Positions 40,512 through 49,059 of a stretch of 64,000 nucleotides of DNA are shown one piece after another. The notes under the pieces were generated by a model. The model was given only the letters and a program-made list of their open reading frames with translations, was not told the origin of the DNA and did not search any database. Every line of letters begins with the position of its first letter. Position 1 is the stretch's first letter. This DNA comes from Promethearchaeota archaeon (lineage in GTDB: Archaea; Asgardarchaeota; Lokiarchaeia; Sigyniarchaeales; SOKP01), in assembly GCA_048937405.1 (NCBI GenBank), contig JBHLNF010000001.1, positions 32,001 through 96,000 of the forward strand. The letters run 5' to 3'. A program made the position numbers and the translations under genes.

Positions 40512-40952
40512 ATGATTAAAATTTGTGATTTACACATCCATAGTAAATTCTCGGGTGAAGCAAGTAAAAATATTGATATTTTTAAAATAGCTAATAATTA
40601 TAGGCTTAAAGGAATAGATATTGTAGGAATAGGTGATTGTCTTCATCCATTATGGAGAATAGAATTAACTAATAATTTTATTGAATACTTGGATGATGTA
40701 TTTTTTACTCCAAAATTGCCAAATATATTCTTTTTCTTACAATCAGAAATTGAAGCAATTTGGAGCAATAATTCAAGTGTTAAAAAGGTTCACTTCATTC
40801 TTCTATTTCCAAACTTTGACAAATAAATAATAGATTCTCTTAATTTTTCAAAGATTGGAAATTTGGATAGGGAAGGTAGACCCAAAATTTACATTTCTGC
40901 TGAAAAATTAATTATTGGTTTAAAATCGATAGATAAAGACACAGAAATTATT
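40512..40952 (+). pseudogene. Truncated duplicate of the 5' ~440 bp of the EndoQ-family gene (62051-62491)
   Basis: Near-identical protein start MIKICDLHIHSK; DNA similarity continues past the stop at 40826; contains an internal micro-inversion. Confidence 0.9.
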
Positions 40953-40970
40953 TATTTTTCAATTTGATTT

Positions 40971-41636
40971 TTAAATATACAACATTTTTTCTTCCATTAT
41001 AATAAATATTCCTCTTCTAAGCCAATAATTTATCCTTTTTATGTCATTTCGATTTAATCTCATTTCAAGTTGTTTCATATGATCATTAAAAAATCTAATT
41101 CTCATACCAAGACGCTTGGTTTTTATCATTTCAATAAGATCCTTAAATAGAAAAGCCTCATTTATCTCAGAATTTACTTCAAAATAATGCATATCACTAT
41201 TTTTAAGGAAATCCTCATGAATATATACTTTATGTTCAATATTGCGATTTCTAAATTTAATATTATCAACTGGAACAAATGCCGTTCGATTAATTAATCC
41301 CCTATTGAATTGAATTAGTTCCTGAATGTCATAAATTAAAGGGAAAGCATAAAAGGCCATATGATTTCCACCATCTGTATGCACTAAAGCTTGATGTTGA
41401 TCATGGTAAGGACCACTATTTATTTTGAAGATATATTCTCTTCCATCCTTTTCTTTAGGGCTTTTAAATTGATAATATGTAATTATTCCATCTTGAGGAG
41501 TCTCTAGTGCAAAATCATAACCCACTCTTCGTTCGCTATTACTCGAAACACCTCTAATATAACAATTATCATATTCTTTCTCATAATTATTCAACAATTC
41601 TGCTCCAATATTCAATTCTAAAGTTTTTTCATTCAT
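40971..41636 (-). CDS. Putative PD-(D/E)xK restriction-endonuclease-like protein
   Basis: N-terminal E (NEKTLE), GYD and YQFK spaced like a D...QxK active site. Confidence 0.5.
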   Translation of the reverse strand: MNEKTLELNIGAELLNNYEKEYDNCYIRGVSSNSERRVGYDFALETPQDGIITYYQFKSPKEKDGREYIFKINSGPYHDQHQALVHTDGGNHMAFYAFPLIYDIQELIQFNRGLINRTAFVPVDNIKFRNRNIEHKVYIHEDFLKNSDMHYFEVNSEINEAFLFKDLIEMIKTKRLGMRIRFFNDHMKQLEMRLNRNDIKRINYWLRRGIFIIMEEKMLYI

Positions 41637-42307
41637 CCTTCTTAATTATTGCACCTTAACTAATAATTGGGAATAGCATTTCATTTCTTAAGATCTTTAT
41701 TCTATAATATTATTCTACTTAAATTAATTGATAAATAAGACAAAAGGGAAGTGATTATAAATCTGAATTTTATTAAATATTTATTCAATTTAAATTGTTG
41801 ATATTTTTTTTTATACAGTCAAATCTAGGTTTTGATTTGATTAAGACATTATTATTTGATTTTATTATTTTTTTAAAACTTTTAAACAGTTTTATAAACT
41901 CTGTTCCTTGAAATCCTGAGATATAGGAAAAAAACTCAGCCTTTGTGCTTATAGTAACTTTTCTCACTATTTTTTTGATTAGAAATCATTTCTTTCCAAT
42001 TCTAAATAGTCTTCCTTTTAAATCTAATAGCCATTTTTTTAGCATAAGAATACTTACAGTCATTAGCACATCTTAAATAGCAATTTAAATTATTATCTGC
42101 TCATTCTTTTGTTTTTTTCTTCAAAAAATCAACTTAATTCTTCTTTATATATTAATCTCATTTTTAATCGTGAAATTTGGTTTCACATCCTCCATAAAAT
42201 GATAATGGAATTTTAATATATGTCAAATTTTGATGATGACTTTTTTTCTTTATAAATTAGTATGAACAGTATATCTTTACAACATATTTTGATTCAATTG
42301 AATTTAA

Positions 42308-42880
42308 TTGAGAAAAATAGTAGGAACAATGAGTAAAGCACAAATTACCGTATATCAAAGGACACCTCACTACTATCATAGACCTAGGATTATTTCTATC
42401 AATATATTTAAGGTTTTATTCTATTTAACTAAAAAAGAAGGTTCTGCATATTTTAGTGAAATAAAAATATATTTAAATAGGAGTAGTAGTCAAGTCTCCC
42501 AAATAATGAGAAGACTTAAAATTAAAAATTATGTTAAAGTAGAGAATTGTAAACCATTGAAATATTCAATAACAGAATTAGGTAGAAAAGTTAATAGACA
42601 GACTATCAATGGTTTTTTAAAATATAATGGAAAAACAATTAGAAAAAAGGAAAATATAGATAAAAGAAAATCTAAACTTTATTCTAAAAACTTGGATATT
42701 GAAAAAGAATTAATAAAATACACTGAATTAGAACAACATTACAAAGATATACTCATTAGTTTCTTTATTGAATTGCCAGAAATATTAGTAGATTTAAATG
42801 TTGATTTCACTCCTCAAAAATATCATATCTTTGTTGAGGATACAAAAGCATTTTTGTTAAAACATAATATAATATTATAA
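42308..42880 (+). CDS. Winged-helix (MarR-like) regulator
   Basis: FSEIKIYLNRSSSQVSQIMRRLKIKNYV...YSITELG. Confidence 0.75.
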   Translation: MRKIVGTMSKAQITVYQRTPHYYHRPRIISINIFKVLFYLTKKEGSAYFSEIKIYLNRSSSQVSQIMRRLKIKNYVKVENCKPLKYSITELGRKVNRQTINGFLKYNGKTIRKKENIDKRKSKLYSKNLDIEKELIKYTELEQHYKDILISFFIELPEILVDLNVDFTPQKYHIFVEDTKAFLLKHNIIL

Positions 42881-43458
42881 TGATTTAGAGAATTAACATT
42901 TCAATTCATTTTCCAATTATCTTCTCGTTTACTCTTAGTTTAAAAAAAAATCTTAAAAAATATTATATTATTCTTCCCTACTATTAAGATTGTGAAATAT
43001 TCAAATGACATATTGTTATTAAAACTAAAACTTTCGCCCAAAGAATATAGAGATTTAAAGAAAGACTTAGTTTAATGTTAATCTTTTATTTTCAGGTAAA
43101 ACAAACAAAAATAACCGATTTTATTAAGATAGAACTTAATACTATCGATATGAATCCTAAATTTTTTCATCTCTTCATAAGAGAATGGCATAAAAATCAT
43201 TGTTCAAAAGAAGAATAATAAAAACTAAATTATTCTCAACTTTTCTCTTATCAATCCGGATTATAATAAAAGAAGATAAATGGCCTAATTAATTTTCATA
43301 GTTTATTCAAATATTCAGAAATAGTGATTATAAATTCTGAGTTTTAATTTTCCTAACTATATTTTCATCATATCACCCAGATATTACCTTTGTATTTTAG
43401 AAATTCATTTCTGAGATAAAGCTTTAATATTGACTTCATGAATAAAATACATGAAATA

Positions 43459-43617
43459 ATGGGAGAAGATAAAAATTTAGTTATTGATAAAAAATTAATT
43501 GAACAAATTAAAAAGGAAATAATTAGCAGTATTGAACAATATGTTGACTTAAAACTAAAACCTGTAATTGACTATTTTAAAAAGAAGAGAGACTTTAATA
43601 AAATGAGTTATTTATAG
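43459..43617 (+). CDS. Small hypothetical protein (52 aa; below ORF-track cutoff)
   Basis: MGEDKNLVIDKKLIEQIKKEIISSIEQYVDLKLKPVIDYFKKKRDFNKMSYL. Confidence 0.4.
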   Translation: MGEDKNLVIDKKLIEQIKKEIISSIEQYVDLKLKPVIDYFKKKRDFNKMSYL

Positions 43618-43664
43618 AACAATTTATTCTTAGAAATCAATTTCCCTATTAATATATTTATTTA

Positions 43665-43877
43665 TTATGCTTTCTTGTTTTCATTCTCATCAAATATTCC
43701 AACAATTCCTCCTAACTCTTGAAGAGATAAAATATTCTTATTATCAAATACACCCAAGAATTTTTTATCAAAATCTAATTTACAAACAGGACAATAAATT
43801 AAATTGAAATAATCAATAATTTTTGCATTTCCACATCGAGGACAAGATTTGTTTAATTTTAATCTATTTTTTGACAT
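43665..43877 (-). CDS. Small Zn-ribbon protein
   Basis: CPRC...CPVC; similar to the N-terminus of 12125-12454. Confidence 0.7.
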   Translation of the reverse strand: MSKNRLKLNKSCPRCGNAKIIDYFNLIYCPVCKLDFDKKFLGVFDNKNILSLQELGGIVGIFDENENKKA

Positions 43878-43944
43878 CTTTTGATATTATTTTTTGTAAT
43901 TAAGATTAGAAATGTTTTATTTAAAGTACATGTTATTTTTAGAT

Positions 43945-44211
43945 TCAAATTGCTGTCATATCATCTGGATTTATGAAGAAAACACTATCTCCTCTGATAA
44001 CTAGTGTCCCATAATAAACTCTTGTACTCCCATTCTCTTCAACTTCGGCAGCTTCCGATAAAACAAGATTCATATGACCATCTATACTCCTTAGAATTCC
44101 TGAATAAAACTCTCCATTTTTCATTCTAATTAGAACTTAAGATCCTGTTAGTTTTTCCAAAGTTGTTTTATATATGTTTAATTTTTGAGTTTCAAATTCA
44201 GTTTTTAACAT
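43945..44211 (-). pseudogene. Sm-like (Lsm/SmAP) protein gene with in-frame TAA at codon 25
   Basis: Manual translation ...LEKLTGS*VLIRMKNGEFYSGILRSIDGHMNLVLSEAAE...YGTLVIRGDSVFFINP; intact Sm1 (D.HMNLVL) and Sm2 (IRGD) motifs; stop at 44137-44139. Confidence 0.88.
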
Positions 44212-44239
44212 AGTGTATTTATATATTAGGAATAATCTA

Positions 44240-44542
44240 TTAAAAATCAACGAAAACTTTTCCTAAATTTATATTATAATTACACCAAACTAGAATAGAA
44301 TTATATTGTTCTCCAGAAAATCCATGCCTTATGATAAAATTAATAATATCAGCATACATTACCTCTCTCCTCCCTTTTAATATCTGCTTAACTTTCCTTA
44401 GAATATTCTTTAATAATTCAAAGTCAATTACTCCTGTTTTCTTTATCTTCTTTATTTTTTCAGCTTGTTGGTTCACAAGATTCCCTTCGGATGGTTTTTC
44501 ATAATATTTATGATTTATTTTATCGTATATTGGTGTTTTCAT
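44240..44542 (-). CDS. Hypothetical protein
   Basis: 100-aa ORF 28 bp upstream of the Lsm gene, co-oriented. Confidence 0.6.
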   Translation of the reverse strand: MKTPIYDKINHKYYEKPSEGNLVNQQAEKIKKIKKTGVIDFELLKNILRKVKQILKGRREVMYADIINFIIRHGFSGEQYNSILVWCNYNINLGKVFVDF

Positions 44543-44692
44543 TAAATTATAAAAACTACAAGAGAAAGAAAAGATTGGAAATTAGAAAAAGAAGATATAA
44601 ACTATTCCCTGATTTACATCCGACTTAAAAGAGTAAATTATGATTAAAATCAAATTCTTGTCTAACATTAAAAATTAATGAATAGAATAAGT

Positions 44693-44714
44693 TCGTGAAA
44701 CCGGTGTTTCACGA
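44693..44714. promoter_or_regulatory. Perfect 9-bp inverted repeat, candidate operator
   Basis: TCGTGAAAC-CGGT-GTTTCACGA between divergent genes. Confidence 0.5.
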
Positions 44715-44879
44715 TTAAAAATTAAATAGAATTACAAGCTATTTATAAAGGAAAAATTCACTTTTAGTTAAAACCAGCACTCTCACATATAATTTTAATT
44801 GTAAAGAGAATATCTGAGATGCTAAATGCGATTATGAATAATCAAAAAATAAATTATTACTTGATATAGAAGTGACTTT

Positions 44880-45659
44880 ATGAAATTATATAATGAAATT
44901 CAAGAGAATGAAGATATTACCAATGATAGACTTCTAAAAAATGCTCTTTTTTCACATAATTTTCACAAAATACCTCCTATTATTGGTATCATTACAGCAG
45001 ACCAATATGGAAACACTTTAATGGTATTTCAATATGAAGAAGGGGATGAATCCAATTATAATCCTATTAAATCCTATTTATCTGAGGATGATAAATCTCT
45101 ATTAGATATTGATTTAATTTCTATGTATTTTAGCTCTTTTAAGACCTTCGCAGGACAGACCAACATTCAGAACTTATCAAATTTAGAGATCCATGGTTCA
45201 AACATAAAGATTCAAATTTATTTCTTATTTGATAAATATATGATAATAATTTTTCTAAATTCAAATACAGAATTAAATTTAAAAGATAAAGCCCAGATTG
45301 TACATTATTTTGAAGAACAGTTGATTAACCATGAATTTGAATTCAAATATTTTAATGCTACAGATTCAAGAAATACAATTAGGAAATTGGAGAAAAAGGG
45401 AAAAACTTGGCTTAAAAAGTTAAATGTAAATTATAGAGACGCATTTAAAAATATTTACCTGAAAAAACATGAAATGATTAACTTTGCTATGGAAAAAATT
45501 GCTCCTATTATTCAAGAAGAATTAATAGAATATTTTTCAGGAATTCCAGAAGATATTGTTAATAATGTAACAAAGGAAATTCGTAACAAAATTCAAGATA
45601 AATTCTGTGAATTCAACTCTAAATTATTAAATTCTTCATTACTAAATTTAGATCCCTAA
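44880..45659 (+). CDS. Longin/roadblock-like domain protein
   Basis: IIGIITADQYGNTLMV...LISMYFSSFKTFA...MIIIFL fits a beta-beta-alpha-beta-beta-beta-alpha pattern. Confidence 0.55.
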   Translation: MKLYNEIQENEDITNDRLLKNALFSHNFHKIPPIIGIITADQYGNTLMVFQYEEGDESNYNPIKSYLSEDDKSLLDIDLISMYFSSFKTFAGQTNIQNLSNLEIHGSNIKIQIYFLFDKYMIIIFLNSNTELNLKDKAQIVHYFEEQLINHEFEFKYFNATDSRNTIRKLEKKGKTWLKKLNVNYRDAFKNIYLKKHEMINFAMEKIAPIIQEELIEYFSGIPEDIVNNVTKEIRNKIQDKFCEFNSKLLNSSLLNLDP

Positions 45660-46025
45660 TTTTTATATAATTTTCAAGTCAAAGAAAATCAGTGTATCTA
45701 ATTTTCACTATTCTCAATATGAATGAAAATATAACAATAATTAAGATTTATAATCTTATTTTTTTAAGTAATTAAAAATTGTAAAGGATTTAATTAATTA
45801 GAAAAAAATATCACAGAGATCGAAAAAGGATCTTCAAAATTTACAACATCATCTTCACTAATATCAATAGATGGTAAGTTACAAAAATTCTTTTGAAACC
45901 AGTAATAATTACAAGCTTATATTATGATTTGAAGATACTAAATATTCTGATAATTAATTTGTATATAGAATAAATATTGGAAACTAACAAAAAATTAAGA
46001 AAAAGTGATAAAATTACTTCCTTTG

Positions 46026-46421
46026 TTAATGTCTCAATATAACATCAAAAATCAAACTAAACCCAACACTAGAAATTTCACCAATTATTATAAAAAATAA
46101 ATCCATTAAAAAATCATCAATTTCAATCCAGATAAATGGGAATGTAATAAAGAATCCAATAAATAACCCAAGTACATATTCTAATATGATAAATTTTATG
46201 ATATTATGAAGATTTTCCCCCCGGCTATAGGTATAAAAAAGATAAAGACCTAGTAAACAGACTATCAACGTTACGAAAATAATTTCAATAAATCCCAAAA
46301 TGAGATCCAAAGAAATTCCACAACGAATTATTCTATAAATTAGATTAAAAATTACTATAGCTGTTGTAGTGCGGATAACAGTTCTGATTAAAAGAACTTT
46401 TTCGCCATCAATATTTTCCAC
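46026..46421 (-). CDS. Membrane protein (~4 TM)
   Basis: Hydropathy. Confidence 0.55.
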   Translation of the reverse strand: MENIDGEKVLLIRTVIRTTTAIVIFNLIYRIIRCGISLDLILGFIEIIFVTLIVCLLGLYLFYTYSRGENLHNIIKFIILEYVLGLFIGFFITFPFIWIEIDDFLMDLFFIIIGEISSVGFSLIFDVILRH

Positions 46422-46910
46422 AAATTTATAAATTTTTTATTTTTTTTAACAATTTTGCATATTCTTTCTTTTCTATTTTTATAATTTTGTGTACATCAGA
46501 GGTATTTAATTAATAAGTTTGTGAAGAAATTATACCAGATTTACTAATATGTTAATTATAATGGAATAACTACAAAACTTACTTTGAGATTTTCACCGGT
46601 CATAGATATCGTTAAGTAGCTAATCCCTATAATTAAAGGCTGATTTCTGAGGATTTTGTCGATAGTTTCAAAGTAACTATCTGAACAAAATTCATTAAAA
46701 TTTGCAAGTTGAATTTTAATTAAATATCAGTTTTGGGATATTATTTAAATTAAATATATCTTTTAAGATTAGAAGGGTAATTCTTTTAGAAGAATATTAA
46801 TATTTTTATTTGTTATAATAGACATAAGGAGTTAAGCAAAAATAATTAATGAAATTTCTATTAAAATTTGATTAAATTATAATTTGGACGATTAATACCA
46901 AAATTGGTGA

Positions 46911-47921
46911 ATGAGAATTTCAGATGATGAAAAAAATACAGAGATAGAATACAAGTTTAATGAATGGACTGTAAAAGATTTAAGGGAATTTGCTACAAAA
47001 AATAATATAAAAATTCCCTCAAAGTCTAAAAAGAAAGATATTATTGAGCTTCTTGAAGAGGTGGTATATCATCCTGATTTTGTTGATCGATCTCAAGAGC
47101 CAGAAGAATTGGAGGAAGAATTAATAGCTGAATTTGAAGATGAGGAGGAAGATCTTGCATTATTACGAAAAGAAAAAACTGAATTAAAATTCTGGCAACA
47201 ACCCCCTTATTCAAGTTTATTGGACAGTGAATTAGCAAAAGAATCTGAAGTTGCGTTTTATGATTTATCAAAATTAGTTGATACTTTTTTTGACAATATG
47301 CTTCACGAGGATTTGATTAATTATAAAATTTCAGGAATTGCGCTTAAAACATCTGCAACTTTGCATCATTATAAAATCTCCAGTATTATAAAAGAAGAGG
47401 AAGAAATTCAAAGAAGAGAAGAGTTAGAAAAATTCAGAGAAAGGCATGCCAGGGGTATTCCAAGAACCTTACCTCAACCAATTTCTCCTAAAGTGCAATT
47501 TGCAACTAAGGATGAATTATTTGATGCGATGAGATCTGCTATTATAGAAGTAATGCAGAATAAGGAAAAATTGAGAAGGAGGAAGATGAGAAGAGATGAA
47601 ATAAAACAACAAAGGCTTCAAAGGAAGTCTAAAGCACAGCTACCTAAAGAACTCCTAAAGCATATTAGTGGAAAGGAACAAACAATTGAAGAATTGCATG
47701 AATCGTGGTATAATAGAATAAAAGGTACAATTAACTTAAATAACGAAGAATCTAATTTTTTTGATTTAACAAATATTATTAAAGATGAAGAAAAAACTAG
47801 TTTAGGAAGGAAATTTTCTTTTGTAAGGATGTTTTTAGCTTTAATGTTCCTGTCTACAGGAAATAAATTGACGTTAAGCCAAGAAGAGGATTTTCGAAAT
47901 ATCTCAATTAATCTTAAATAA
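46911..47921 (+). CDS. scpA: Kleisin ScpA with extra N-terminal HeH/Rho-N-like domain
   Basis: ISGIALKTSATLHHYK kleisin N-domain; FLALMFL...LSQEEDF C-terminal wHTH; upstream of scpB; WTVKDLREFA...KKKDIIELL. Confidence 0.85.
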   Translation: MRISDDEKNTEIEYKFNEWTVKDLREFATKNNIKIPSKSKKKDIIELLEEVVYHPDFVDRSQEPEELEEELIAEFEDEEEDLALLRKEKTELKFWQQPPYSSLLDSELAKESEVAFYDLSKLVDTFFDNMLHEDLINYKISGIALKTSATLHHYKISSIIKEEEEIQRREELEKFRERHARGIPRTLPQPISPKVQFATKDELFDAMRSAIIEVMQNKEKLRRRKMRRDEIKQQRLQRKSKAQLPKELLKHISGKEQTIEELHESWYNRIKGTINLNNEESNFFDLTNIIKDEEKTSLGRKFSFVRMFLALMFLSTGNKLTLSQEEDFRNISINLK

Positions 47922-47963
47922 AAATTATATCTAAATGATAATTATCATAAGTAGTTTAGGAAT

Positions 47964-49031
47964 ATGGAAGAAAATTTAGATGAGGAAATTGATGAAGAAC
48001 AAGAAGACATCTCTGAGGATGAGAATATAGAATCAAATAGCGAAGAGAATAGTGATTTAATTGATAAAATAGAAGAAGCAAATGAAGAAGAATCAATTGA
48101 AACATTTGAACAAATGGACTCAAATGATTCAATAATAAGTGAAGATGAAATTATAGAAGAGCAAGATATGGCTACTGAAGATTTAGAAAATCTTGAAAAT
48201 CTGGAAGAACTAGAGCAACAACCAGAAACTCTATTAAGTGATGATTCTATTGAAGAACAAAAGACGGAAATTGCTGCAAACGCAGCCAAAGCTGCGTCAG
48301 ATAGCACCGTTCTTGATGAAAAATCAATAGAAATTGAAACTAGAACTATTCAGCGGAATTTTATTGAAGCTGCTCTTTATGCTTCTGGTGGGCCTTTAAC
48401 AATTGAAGAATTATCACATAGATTAGAATTTCCCAAAAAAGAGGTGGAAATTCTAGTAAATGAATTAGCTTTCGATTATTTAGAGCGTAAAACTGCTTTA
48501 GTGATTAATCAAGTTGGTGAAGCGTATCAAATGGGTTTACGACCAGAATATGTAGAAAAAGTTTCGAAATTTGCGAAGGGTGGGGGAATTGCTGAAAGAT
48601 ACTTAAGAACCCTAACAGTAATTGCTTTAAAACAACCAATTTTAAAATCAATGGTTATAAAGTTGAGAGGTACAGGAGCGTATGAACATGTAAAATATCT
48701 TCTTGATAATGGTTTTATTGATGCTACAAAAAAAGGTAGGTCACACGAATTAACCACAACAGATAAGTATGCGGATATGTTTGGATTACCACGAGATATT
48801 CGACAATTAAAAAGTGTTATGATATCTCAATTAGGAATAGAAGAAGGAGGTCAGATTGAACCTACGGGTGAAATTGAAGAAGGAGATCAGATTGAACCTA
48901 CGGGTGAAATTGAAGAAGGAGATCAGATTGAACCTACGGGTGAAATTGAAGAAGGAGATCTAAGTGAATCTTCAGGAGAAACTGAAAATGTGAGTCAAAA
49001 TGACTCTATAAGTAATAATGAAGAAGAATAA
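47964..49031 (+). CDS. scpB: SMC-Scp complex subunit ScpB with acidic N- and C-terminal tails
   Basis: IEAALYASGGPL, TLTVIALKQPI, LRG, TTDKYADMFGL. Confidence 0.92.
   Translation: MEENLDEEIDEEQEDISEDENIESNSEENSDLIDKIEEANEEESIETFEQMDSNDSIISEDEIIEEQDMATEDLENLENLEELEQQPETLLSDDSIEEQKTEIAANAAKAASDSTVLDEKSIEIETRTIQRNFIEAALYASGGPLTIEELSHRLEFPKKEVEILVNELAFDYLERKTALVINQVGEAYQMGLRPEYVEKVSKFAKGGGIAERYLRTLTVIALKQPILKSMVIKLRGTGAYEHVKYLLDNGFIDATKKGRSHELTTTDKYADMFGLPRDIRQLKSVMISQLGIEEGGQIEPTGEIEEGDQIEPTGEIEEGDQIEPTGEIEEGDLSESSGETENVSQNDSISNNEEE
48840..48960 (+). repeat. 36-bp coding tandem repeat x3 plus a partial copy (EEGDQIEPTGEI)
   Basis: GAAGAAGGAG(A/G)TCAGATTGAACCTACGGGTGAAATT units, no spacers. Confidence 0.95.
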
Positions 49032-49059
49032 TTTTACTTTAATTTTAGTCTATATTCTC

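Noticed and set aside
41785-41967. 60-aa ORF as a real gene
   Set aside because: GTG start, no motifs, and the upstream frame is broken by stops; more likely a remnant or chance ORF.
44137-44139. Selenocysteine or pyrrolysine recoding of the Lsm internal stop
   Set aside because: The codon is TAA, not TGA or TAG.
46445-46500. Right TIR partner of the 40451 end (AATTTTGCATAT / AATTTTGTGTAC)
   Set aside because: Only partial matches, without the terminal CCC, the CACTG core or a matching TSD.
47945-48307. Antisense ORFs in the track (also 4703, 7904, 8678, 9062, 9642, 11789, 15495, 19906, 20363, 21982, 22468, 24145, 27555, 28590, 30438, 32321, 32826, 37786, 47041, 48527, 49985, 51029, 52108, 56155, 59659, 61039)
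   Set aside because: Shadow frames overlapping well-supported genes on the opposite strand, with no motifs of their own.
48840-48960. 36-bp direct repeats as a CRISPR array
   Set aside because: The units are contiguous with no spacers, in frame within scpB, and there are no cas genes.
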